Of a stretch of DNA of 64,000 bases, positions 1 through 23,300 are shown in pieces. Position 1 is the stretch's first letter. Every line of letters begins with the position of its first letter. This DNA is from Callorhinchus milii (lineage: Eukaryota). The notes beneath the pieces are model-generated. The model was not told the origin of the DNA, did no database searches, and was given only the letters and a program-made list of their open reading frames with translations. The stretch is taken from positions 5,332,001-5,396,000 of the forward strand of contig NW_024704759.1 in NCBI RefSeq assembly GCF_018977255.1, in the 5' to 3' direction. The position numbers were made by a program, and so were the translations under genes.

Positions 1-1362
1 CTTCGCTATGGCATGGACTTGCCTTGCTCTCCCTGTTTTGTTGCTTTTAAACAAAGTTAGAAATACAGAAATGTGTAGGTAACTAAAGATCCTCCTCTTC
101 GACCCGTGCCCTCAGTCACCCTCCTACCCCTACCCTCCCTGCCCTCCACCCTTCCTGATCCCAACCACCAGCTTGGGTGCGGATCCCTGACTGTCCAGCG
201 CCTTGGGACGTCCTCCTAATGTGAAATGCGCTAAACAAATGTAATTTGTTGTTGTAGCAGTGTGACCAACCGTAACCATTCCTACTCAGGTCCATCCACA
301 TCCCACCTCAATCCCAACTTTTAATTGTGTTGGTAATGTTCAAAGATCAGGCAGGGAATTGGTGTCTAAGAAAGATCTTTATAGAAAAAAACAAGCTTCA
401 ATTGTACTGGAGATTCAAGCACAGCTCTGACTGTCCACAGTTCCAGGACCTGACCAACGATTTTTAAATAAAATGATTTGAGAAATTTATTTTTTAAGAA
501 ACAATATTGTAATTTTTTTTAAAAAGAAGAAAGGCCTGATGACAAGGACTGGATGACTCAGGCTCAGGGTGCGCGTGTCTCTCTGTGTGTTTGGGTCTGG
601 ACCTCTCCCTCTCAAGCTCAATGTCTCTCTTTCTCTATCTATCAGGATTTGCATCCCTCTCAGCATATCTTTTTCATTGTCTCCCAGAGTCTGTGTCTTT
701 CAGAGCTTGAGTCTCTGTCTTGTGTTTGTCTGTTTCTCTCTCAGGGTCTCTGTCTCTCTTATGGTCTCTCTCAGCGTCTGTGCCTCTCTGAGGGTTTGCT
801 TTTCTCAGAGTTTCTCCCTCGCTCAGGCTCTGCGTCTTTCTTGCTCTCATGGTCTTGTTAAATACTACACAACTTAGAAAGAGGCATCTCTGCCAATGCC
901 AGGATCCAGCCAGAGGGCTCTGATATGTGAGCTTGCCTATAACTACACGGTAAAAATCATGTGAAGCACTTTGAAATGACTTCATTTGCTCCATATCAAA
1001 TATAAGGATTATGATTACTAGATGCATTTAGAATCTTGGCTGCAACCGGGGTAACAGTGGCAACTCAATATACCAGGATGGTATATTGTTTTTATAAAGG
1101 AAATGAAAGAAGGACAGGAGAAAGCGTACTAATGAAAGGCTGAGTGGCATTAGCACATGGAATCAGAAAACAAGGAGGTTATAATGGGAGATTTTAACTT
1201 GGATCTTGATTGGAAGAAGAATAATAAGTGAGAGCAAGATAGATTCAATGTCTTCAGGATAATTTGCTGCAAGATGTCTTAAAATGATTTTTAAAACCAT
1301 TCTCTGTTTACAGCTAATCAACTAGGAATACTTCATTTGGCAGTAAGGGAAGGTCTTGTTAA

Positions 1363-1535
1363 TCATAGAATCACACAACACAGAGGAGGCCATTCGGTCC
1401 ATCGTGTCTGTGCCCGACTCTTTGAAAAGAGCTGCCCAAATCAATCCCACTGCCCCGCGCTCTCCCCACAGCCCTGCAGACCTGCCCTCCCCAAATAATT
1501 ATCAACTCTCTTAAAAGTTGTGATCGAATCGGCGT
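1363..1535 (-). mobile_element. CR1 LINE 3' fragment
   Basis: CATAGAAT tail and GGCCATTCGGTCCATC 3'-end motif shared with the 11089 and 42917 copies. Confidence 0.6.
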
Positions 1536-1712
1536 TGAATAAATAATAAGTAATCGGCAAGTTCATAAGATAGCTCTTACGTTTATTTGATAGTGAAACA
1601 GCCGCCGCCAGTTTTAGGTCCCGGGAAGGAACGGGAGGGTTTTGCTGACAATGGATAAAACTAGGATTCTGACTTACGAGGAGTGCGAAAAGATGACATA
1701 AATGTAGTTATG

Positions 1713-1716
<4 letters not shown>

Positions 1717-1744
<28 letters not shown>
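1717..1744. repeat. (TA)n microsatellite
   Basis: Direct reading. Confidence 0.9.
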
Positions 1745-1748
<4 letters not shown>

Positions 1749-1939
1749 ATGCATTTCGTTTCAATGTGTGGGAGGACATCCCAAAGGGCTGAACAACATT
1801 GGTTGGACGGTCAGGGGGTGGAAAGATGACCTGAAGGGTCATCAAAGACGTTACTCTTGTGACAGACCCTTCAACAAGTGACTGGAACAGACACAGCTCT
1901 TGATGTACACAACAAGGGGTGAACCCCCCCCTAAAAGGC

Positions 1940-2235
1940 GCAGGTGGTATTGGCGAGGTCCAATAACCAATGGCGACTGCAGCTGCGCGTGGGGCGGGAT
2001 TTATGTCGGCCAAACCCCCTACCCCACCCTTTAATGGGAAGGAGTGACGTCAGGGAGGCGGAGTCACAGAGGAGCTACCGCCAGTCACGTGGCGGCCCCG
2101 GAAGTGGAGGCGCAGTGTGGCGGTGGCGGCACGTGGAGCGGCCGCGGCGAGAGGCTGTGATCGCGGGCGGCGGGCGGGGGTGGGGGAGGGGGGAGGGTGG
2201 ACGCCATGGCTCGGCCAGCGCCGGTCACAGCGTGA
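1940..2235 (+). promoter_or_regulatory. CpG-island promoter/5' leader of the PPP1R3D-like gene
   Basis: CpG-rich. CCAAT boxes at 1949-1953 (reverse), 1960-1964 and 1967-1971; GC box ~1992; perfect CRE TGACGTCA 2045-2052; GTCACGTG 2084-2091; ETS CCGGAAGT 2098-2105; CACGTG 2130-2135. Confidence 0.7.
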
Positions 2236-4020
2236 ATGGCTTCAGCTTCCCACAGCGTGGGGGAGCCCCGCACCGGCACCGGCACCGCCCAGGTGCGGAG
2301 CGCGGCAGCTCGGGCAGTCCGGGCAGTGCCGGGGGCTCGGGCAGAGCCGCCCCACACGCGTTACGCGGGGTTCAAGCAGCAGATCCGGCACGTTCTCGGC
2401 TGGAAGAAAATCCTGAATCAGCAGATGCCTTCCCCGGGAGGCGAGGCAGCGTACGGGGGTCAGTCCCACACTCACCGGCCCGGCCCGGATCAGAGGGTGG
2501 GATCGAAGCAGAGTGACCAGAGCCTGGGGTCTGAGCACAGCAAACCGCTGGCCCCGAGTCAGGGCAGCGCATCAGATACCTGTGTCCAACCTGCCCCGGG
2601 TCACAGGGCCGGACCAGAGCAGAAAAGCCGGCCTGGCCTGGACCAGAGCTCAGGGCCCGGGACCGACAGCCAACCCGCACTGGATCCGGTGTCGGCGTCG
2701 GAGCACAGTTACCAGCCTGTACTGGTTCGGGAAAAGGGTACAGAACTTGGCAGTCAGGCTCTCCCGGATGAGAACGGAGAGTCGGAGCACAGTGGCCAGC
2801 CCACCCGGGATCAGGGCATGGAATCGCAGGCCAATAACCAGGCAGCTCTGGACCAGAGGCCGGTATTAGGGGCCAGTAATCAGCCTGTCCTGGAACAGAG
2901 CATTGGGTCAGTGAAACAGTACAGGTTTCTTATCAGTGGGAATGCTGGATCTCTGAAGCAGTTCCCGCCTGTTAGGTCAAAGCTGGTTCAGGAAGTGAAT
3001 TTGGAATCCGAGCAGCAGGTCCCGCATATTGTGGACCCAAATACAGAACCAGAACAGCAATCCCCATCTGTGCAGACACAAGACCTTAGGTCAAAGCAGC
3101 ATAACTGGCTTCGGGATGTGAAGTCAGTCCAACACATACCGCCTTCCATGGGAGGGAACAAGAGGTCACAGCAGCGCATTCAGCCTTTTAAGTACCATTT
3201 CCGGCCTGTCCTTGCTCATAGCACAGGGTTAGAGCACCAGATCTTCTTTACTCTGACCCGGAACCTGGGGTACATTTCAGATCTGTACAATAGTGTGAAT
3301 CTCATCCAAGAGAATCAGCAGCCAGGCCCAGGAGATGGATCGTATATCAGTCCGGGTAAGAGAGACTCTGTCCGTTGGCCAGTTGTGAGAAAGCGGGCAA
3401 AATCCTGCCCAGGGTCTCCCGAACGGAAAACAAAGCGAGGCAACAGGGTGAGATTTGCTGACTCGCTTGGGTTAGAGTTAGCTGTAGTTCGAAGTTATAG
3501 CTTAGCAGATGAGCCAGAAATTCCTGCACATGTCTTATCTAGTCTTGGTGGCAGGAGCAATGATGACAACAAGGTGTGGGTACAGTCCTTTAAGCCAAGT
3601 TTCCCAGCGCCTATGGAAGCAGCAAATTTCCTTGAACGACTACGGAAGCAGCAGGTTTGTTTGGAGAGAGTATCCGAATCAGATCTAATCATCAGTGGGA
3701 CCATTCTGGTCTTGAACATGGCATTTGAAAAAGATGTTACTGTCCGATATACCTGCACCAACTGGAATCTCTTCTCTGATGTTCCTGCTCTGTTTGACAA
3801 GAGCCTCGGCAACAACACAGACCGCTTCACTTTTACTCTGAGTCCATCAGTTTATATGCTGGAGCCAGGCTCCTGCCTTGAGTTTGCTATTAGGTATTCA
3901 GTCAATGGAGTGCATTTCTGGGACAACAACAATGATATCAATTACAAGATGATCTATAACATTTATCGGGTCAGTGAATCAGTGTCAAACAGCCAGAGTA
4001 CCTCAGCCAGTTTTGTCTGA
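2236..4020 (+). CDS. PPP1R3D: Protein phosphatase 1 glycogen-targeting regulatory subunit 3D-like (single exon, 594 aa)
   Basis: Intact ORF. RKRAKSCPGSPER and RVRFADSLGLELA (PP1-binding RVxF) resemble human PPP1R3D RRARSLPSSPER...RVRFADALGLELA. CBM21 domain (VCLERV...GTILVLNMAFEKDVTVRYT...FWDNN). The start codon and the D-versus-E paralog assignment are less certain. Confidence 0.85.
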   Translation: MASASHSVGEPRTGTGTAQVRSAAARAVRAVPGARAEPPHTRYAGFKQQIRHVLGWKKILNQQMPSPGGEAAYGGQSHTHRPGPDQRVGSKQSDQSLGSEHSKPLAPSQGSASDTCVQPAPGHRAGPEQKSRPGLDQSSGPGTDSQPALDPVSASEHSYQPVLVREKGTELGSQALPDENGESEHSGQPTRDQGMESQANNQAALDQRPVLGASNQPVLEQSIGSVKQYRFLISGNAGSLKQFPPVRSKLVQEVNLESEQQVPHIVDPNTEPEQQSPSVQTQDLRSKQHNWLRDVKSVQHIPPSMGGNKRSQQRIQPFKYHFRPVLAHSTGLEHQIFFTLTRNLGYISDLYNSVNLIQENQQPGPGDGSYISPGKRDSVRWPVVRKRAKSCPGSPERKTKRGNRVRFADSLGLELAVVRSYSLADEPEIPAHVLSSLGGRSNDDNKVWVQSFKPSFPAPMEAANFLERLRKQQVCLERVSESDLIISGTILVLNMAFEKDVTVRYTCTNWNLFSDVPALFDKSLGNNTDRFTFTLSPSVYMLEPGSCLEFAIRYSVNGVHFWDNNNDINYKMIYNIYRVSESVSNSQSTSASFV

Positions 4021-6965
4021 AAATGGATCATTAGAAATACTTGTTACAGCCAGGAACTGTTGGGGAAAATAACGTGGGAGAGGGGGACAACAGAGATATC
4101 TTTCCCTGGGGGAAGGGGAGATCCAAACTCCAGGGAAGCACATGAGATTCCTAGACACTGGTAATAAATTAGAATAGCAGACATGAAGCTAAACATTGCT
4201 GAACAAATGATCTTTGAATCAACAGGACAATTATAAACCCGGTGTCTGAATTTAGCTGACACTGAAAAATACATAGCAAAAGCTACTAGACTTGTCTGGA
4301 ATTGACTATGACTGGGCAAGGCAGTAATAACCACCTTAAGAAAAGAGAACTTCAAAATAGGACAGAAAATATTAACCAATAGTAAATAGTGCTCACAGGA
4401 GAAAATAGGTACATTCAATGTGAAACTTGATTTAATTAATACTGAGAACTATTCAGTTGCTGGATAAATTAACTGAACCTGTGCTGCTTTAAGTGATTTT
4501 TCTCTTCTGCACCTTAGCAGGCTCCAATCTAGGGCGAAAGATGCTGGTGGGAGTACATTTGTCACACAGCATTTGTTAGTATTAGATACCCTCTTAATGA
4601 AAAACACGGGATGATTACACATTTTGATGTTGAAATTGATAATTAAAATGTTAATTGCTTCAGTGAGGGTCTCGCAATACTTATTTAGACTAACTCCAAT
4701 AAAGCCAACTCAACCCAACTTTGACTGAAGGTAGTAAAGTACATTATGTGCTGCAGATGTGTGTGGCAGTGTGCAGGGTATGTCAAGACCTTTTACAATT
4801 TCATATTTGTACTTCATTTATTTTCAGACCTTTCCCTAAATCCTTTTGAAATACCGATTTGCAGGATTTCTTGCTCAGACATTGGCACAAGAATTTTCAG
4901 GCATTTGATAAAGTGACTTGTTGAATATATTCTACACACACTAATATATTTCTGATAAAGCCCGTGACACTAGTGGTATGTGCCTCACAAACCATTAGTG
5001 TACATTTTATTTTATTTAATAAAATTTAGAAAAAGATGTTGCAATTTCTTGTAGCTTCCGAAAGTGTTAAATCCTGTGAGGATCTTGGCACCAAAGAGAT
5101 GTTTTTTTAAATGACGTAAGCTGCATGCATCCAGGTGCCTGAAACCACTCGTAAAACTCAAACATCTTTTCTCTCTCAAAACATCCAGAAAAATTATGTA
5201 AAAAAAAACACAAAATACTGCAGATGCTGGAATCTGAAACAAAAACAGAGAGAGCTGGGAAAGTGATTTAATGGCTCCAATAGAGAGTGTGTGTTATGGC
5301 CATAATATGGTTCAATATTTGTGTTGCCTCTATAAGCCTATCAGTAACAAGAAAGCTCCAGCACCCAAGCAATGAAAACCACAAACACACCAATGAACAA
5401 TTGCTGCTCATAAATGCCATCCACGACAAGCAGTCTGAATGGCCAAAGTTGGCTCCTGAGGTGGAATCACAGTTGTAATTACTCCTGTTGTAATCGTTTT
5501 GAGGTAACGAAGGTAGGAATGTACAGGACCAGAAACAAATTGTAGTCCTTGTGATTATACTCTTTAATCACTTTTCTAATGTCACTGCCATCTGCAGTTT
5601 GTTACAATCAGCAACCTGAAGCTTTACAGGACAGGTTCACATGAATAAGGGCATTTTGGCTTTTTGATCCAGAGGTAATTGTGCTAACAACTAGGCCAAA
5701 CTGACATCCAATGCAACTAACTACATTATTATCCATTAGCATTGTAAACGACATTCTCATAATATAGTTTGTAAGGTACTTTGGTATAGCACTGGCTGGT
5801 GTATCTCACGTGTGGTATGATTTTGGTGACTGTCTAGGTTCCTACACACAGCTGACATCTGGAAACACTGGCGAGTGTGGTTACTGGCTTTCTTTCTACG
5901 GCAGGAAGGGAAGTCAGCCAAACCTGATAAACTGCGAGGCAGGCATTTTTGTAATGTGCCCTGTTGCAACATGGGGACTAATTTTATGGGCCCAAACAAT
6001 TATAATGGGAGTCTGATTGTATTGTATTAGTGACTAAGTTTTTGCCTATTAAGTCAGCTTCCTTCACCACGTGCTTTCTGCACAAGTTAAAGTGTAGTGC
6101 ATTCATTCCACTAATCTTTGCAATTTGAAAGAACACATGAGCAGAAACGCCTTTCGAATAGTGCACAGGATCTTTAATGTCTGCCTGAACAGGATACAGG
6201 TCCTCAGTGTAACATCTCAATCACTCCAGTGCAGTGCTAGGGGAGTGCTATATTGCTGAGCCAGTCTACACTATGAGCTCAAAGCTACAATATCTGCCAT
6301 GAACTTTCTGACTCAGAGTAGTAAGAGTGCTGAGCCAAACTGACACTCGAAATATTTTACATTATGAACCACTTTCCCCTGGTATTTTTTTCAAATCCCA
6401 GAACTAAGTTGGCAGCTCTAACATAACCAATATGTTCCAAAATGTTTGTTTCAAAGACACAAAACAACTGTTCTCAAATGTTTTTTTCCCGGAATTATCT
6501 CATATGAAGATTGAATCTTCAATTGAAATGACAACTCAAATCTCTGAAACTTGTCACTTTCCTCCAGTGTAGCTGACAGCAAAATAATTTACCCAGAGTG
6601 TACAACAGGCACCATGTGGCTGAGAATGTTACTGTGAGTTTGAGAGCATGTAAAAGGGCTATGACACGTGACAGAGTGAGGTAAGAGTGTGTGAGGCTGA
6701 AAGCGTGTGATGGGACCATGTGGCTGAGAGCATATAACAGATCGTGACTGAAAGCAAGACTGTTATAAAGTCTTGACAGAAAGTGAGTGATGAATTGTAT
6801 GACACTGCATAGCTTAGAACATAAAACAGGACCATGTGATTTGAGACAGTGTGACAGGAGCTGTGTGACTGGATACATCTGCATTACAGCACATTACAGT
6901 GTGTATCAGTTACATCCTCTGTCGTTGTATTCAAGGCAAGAAATCTTAAGAATTATTACCAATGG

Positions 6966-7152
6966 GAAAAAAAACAATAATAAATTGGTCATTTTCAGTC
7001 CACGACTGTTTGTGGGACACTGCCTTACGCAACTGGCTGCCGCGTTTCGCCCACAAATATACAGTCAATTCACTTTACGGTCTATTCTGTGAAGCGCTTT
7101 GAGATGTCGAGAAGACGTGAAAAGCTCCATATCAAATGCGAGGATTATTATT
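6966..7152 (+). mobile_element. 5'-truncated tRNA-derived SINE
   Basis: Matches the 3' half of the full copy at 32870-33190. Confidence 0.75.
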
Positions 7153-7346
7153 GTGACTGAATGAATGTACTACAGCATGATGCTTGGGGCAGGTGAGTGA
7201 CAGTGTGTGATAATTTTGTATTACTGTGTGGTATATACAGTAGCCTGATGCCTTGTATTAGTGTGTATTACAGTGTATTAGGCTGATGATGAAACAAGGA
7301 TACAGGTGCACAGGGTCTTCCTTTCCAGTGTTGATGGCAGTCACTG

Positions 7347-20060
<12,714 letters not shown>

Positions 20061-20089
20061 CTGTCAATAAAATTCACAACCAGTCACCC

Positions 20090-20800
20090 AACAATAACAA
20101 AAAGAACTTGTATTTATATAGTGCCCTTCACATAGAATAATGTTTAGGAGCGCTTTACAGTGGCAGAGTTGCATGATAAGCAAGGGAAGAGGGAGTGGGG
20201 GGGGGGTTGAACTTAGGTGTGGGGAGGGAAGGAGGAGATGACCATGTACATTGTTGAAGAGGTAGGTTTTAAGGCAGGACTTGAAGATTGACAGACCGGA
20301 GGAGTGACATAAGGGTTGAAGGAAGTAGTTGCATTTATGCAGTGCCTTTGTCGCAGGGTAGTATTTCATAATGTTTGCTTTCAAAAGATTGCGATATAGA
20401 ATTGGAAAGTTCAGCCACCAATAGTGAAGCGCGAAGGACAGGGAACGCACAACAAGCCTGAGTTAGCCGAACAGATGAGGCAAGTGGAGGAGTGGGATAG
20501 GAAATCAGACATTGAACAACAATAACAACTTGCCTTTATCTCAGAGCATGTAACAGTGGCATGACTCCGAGCCAAAATGGGAGGGGAGGTGACTGAGGGC
20601 ACAGTCAGAAAGAGGAAAGTCTTCAGGTGTGGTTTGAAGATGGGCAAGAGGAGGCAAGATTGAGGCTAGAGGTTCGGAGTACAGTGATTGCCAATTGTGG
20701 AGCAGAGAGAATGAGGGATTTGCAGAAGACCTGAGCCAGCTAAGCAAAGGTGGTGGGAAGAAAAGTGGGTGTACGAAGATCAGAAGAGTGGGTGTATAAA
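20090..20800 (-). mobile_element. Fragmented L2 3' ends
   Basis: FKSCLKTYLF / FKPHLKTFLF / TIGG motifs and tails. Confidence 0.55.
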
Positions 20801-21619
20801 GAACAGAGGAGTGCAATATTGTTGGGAGTTGCTTGCCATCCTTCAGATAGGCGTTAAATCAAGTCTGCCTGTTCAGGTGGACATTAAAGAAACCATTACA
20901 CTTGTTCAAAATGAGAAGTTACCCTGTGTTCTCGCCAACAATCCCTCAAAAAATGTTATAATCAGTCTTCCAGCTGAGACAGTGAGGGTATTCCCTCCCT
21001 CCCCTCCCCTCCCTCCCAATCTCTTTCTCACTTATTCTCTCTCTATACTTTGCTGTTATGGGATATGGGGGTGTGGGGTGTTTGGGGGGGAAATCACTCT
21101 GTCTCCTTCTTCCTCTGTCTCTCTCACTTTCTCTGACTCGGTGGGAGATGTCTCAATGCCAGTCTCAAGCTGCCACTGAGACATACTCACATGTAGTGTT
21201 GTGCGCCCAATCTCAGTGCCTCGTGTGGAGCTCTCTCAAGCTCAGTACCTTGCCAGTGCGGGACATGGTACTCTCTGCAGCTCTGGGAGTCTCTCGACTC
21301 GAGTGTTCTTTCGGGCTCTCACGCTGACTCAGGCTCAGTTATACCAGTCTCAGCTTCTCTGTGTCTCTGTCTCTATCAACGTGTGGGGTCACTGTGTCCC
21401 TTTGAATTCCTTGCTGGTGCGTGACATGGCTCCGAGTACGAATCTTTGTGTGGCTCAGTGTTTCAGGCACTCTCAGTGTGAGGGTCTCTTTCTGCACTCC
21501 TTTCCCTCGCGCTCTGTGAAGCCTCTCTGCGTGACAGTGGGTAAACGTCTCTCCGTCTCTCACTCACTGTGAGACAGTGCAGGAATTGTCTCAACGTGAA
21601 CCTCCCAATGTGAGTGTCT

Positions 21620-22495
21620 CAATGTGTGGTTCCCTGTGTGTGAGTGTGTGTGAGTGTCTCCCTGTGTGTGTGTGAGTGTGTGTGAGTGTCTCCTTCTGTG
21701 TGTGTGTGTCTCTCTCAGTGAGTGTCTCCCTGTGTGTGTGTGTGTGTCTGTGTGTGTCTCTCAGTGAGTGTCTCCCTGTGTGTGTGTGTGTGTGTGTCTG
21801 TGTGTGTCTCTCAGTGAGTGTCTCCCTCTGTGTCTCAGTATCTCAGTGAGTGTCTCCCTCTGTGTGTGTGTGTGTGTGTGTGTGTCTCAGTGAGTGTCTC
21901 CCTCTGTGTGTCTCAGTATCTCAGTGAGTGTCTCCCTCTGTGTGTGTGTGTATGTCTCAGTGAGTGTCTCCCTCTGTGTGTCTCAGTATCTCAGTGAGTG
22001 TCTCCCTCTGTGTGTGTGTCTCAGTATCTCAGTGAGTATCTCCCTCTGTGTGTCTCAGTATCTCAGTGAGTGTCTCCCTCTGTGTGTGTGTGTGTCTCTC
22101 AGTGAGTGTCTCCCTGTGTGTGTGTGTGTGTGTGTCTGTGTGTGTCTCTCAGTGAGTGTCTCCCTCTGTGTGTCTCAGTATCTCAGTGAGTGTCTCCCTC
22201 TGTGTGTGTGTGTGTGTGTCTCAGTGAGTGTCTCCCTCTGTGTGTCTCAGTATCTCAGTGAGTGTCTCCCTCTGTGTGTCTCAGTATCTCAGTGAGTGTC
22301 TCCCTCTGTGTGTCTCAGTATCTCAGTGAGTGTCTCCCTCTGTGTGTCTCAGTATCTCAGTGAGTGTCTCCCTCTGTGTGTCTCAGTATCTCAGTGAGTG
22401 TCTCCCTCTGTGTGTCTCAGTATCTCAGTGAGTGTCTCCCTCTGTGTGTCTCAGTATCTCAGTGAGTGTCTCCCTCTGTGTGTGTGTGTCTCTCG
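21620..22495. repeat. Minisatellite with 34-bp unit TCTCAGTATCTCAGTGAGTGTCTCCCTCTGTGTG and variable (TG)n
   Basis: Near-perfect units at ~22230-22480, more variable to the left. Confidence 0.9.
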
Positions 22496-22499
22496 GTGA

Positions 22500-23300
22500 A
22501 TGTCCCTCAGTGTGCGATCGCCGACGTAAAGACGTTCCCTCTGTCGCTCTCTCTGGACTCGGGTCGGCGCCGCTCTCTCGTTGCCGTGGAAACCGCGGCC
22601 CCTTTCCCTCCCCTCCCCCCCCCCCCCCCGGCACCCCGCACGCACACGCGCGCGCGCGCGCACACACGCACACGTCAGTTCCGGGCGCCCGCCCGAAGCG
22701 GTGACGTCGCGCGCCTTCCGGCCGCCCGTGCCCACGCGGCTGTCCGGGCCACGCGCTGAAGCTCGGGCCGCCTCGCGTCGTGTGTATGGGGCAGCAGAGA
22801 GCCCCTCCTGTTGCTTTCCCTCCGGGAGAACGCGCCCCGACAGCCCTCCCACTCCCCCAAAACAAGTAACAAGTCGCCCACAAACCACACACACACACAC
22901 ACACGTTCACCCACTTGATTTATTATAGAGACGACACGTGACACCCTCCCCCACCCCCCACCCCCTCCCCTGTGCTGCTGCCCTGAGGCGTGTCCCGGTG
23001 GCGGTTGGCCGGCGCCGCCATGGCCTCTCCCGCTTTGCCGGCGGAGCTGCGGGCGCTGGAGCAGCACCGGGCTGCGCTCCTGCGGGCCGCGCCCCAACGC
23101 CCCGCCGCCGCCCCGACCCCGGCGCGGGCTGAGGCTTTTGCCAGGTACCGCCGTCGCCGCCGCCGCCGCCTCGTGGGCTCCGTTGTCGGCGCCCCCCCCC
23201 CCCAGCGCTCGCGTTTCGCGTGGCTCGGTGTTTGCGCCTGGCGGCCGACGGGGAGGCCGAGGGCGGCTCAAACCGAGAGGGCGAGCGCGGAGCCGGCACC
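22500..23300. promoter_or_regulatory. CpG island / probable bidirectional promoter between TTLL9 and SPO11
   Basis: Very CpG-rich. RFX X-box GTTGCCGTGGAAAC 22580-22593; TGACGTC 22702-22708; ETS CTTCCGG 22715-22721; E-box CACGTG 22935-22940; Kozak GCCGCCATGG at the SPO11 ATG. Confidence 0.7.
23020..23144 (+). CDS. SPO11: SPO11 exon 1
   Basis: Perfect Kozak ATG; [21 protein letters not shown]; CAG|GTACCG donor. Confidence 0.85.

Noticed and set aside
553-1027. ORFs upstream of PPP1R3D (possible FAM217B-like neighbour as in human)
   Set aside because: Low-complexity CT/GT-rich DNA with no recognisable homology or splice structure.
2084-2135. Carbohydrate-response element (two CACGTG) in a glycogen-gene promoter
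   Set aside because: A ChoRE needs 5-bp spacing; these E-boxes are 38 bp apart.
21620-22495. CRISPR-like array (34-bp repeats; also the 23-bp array at 19505-19755)
   Set aside because: The units are contiguous with no unique spacers, there are no cas genes, and the context is vertebrate.
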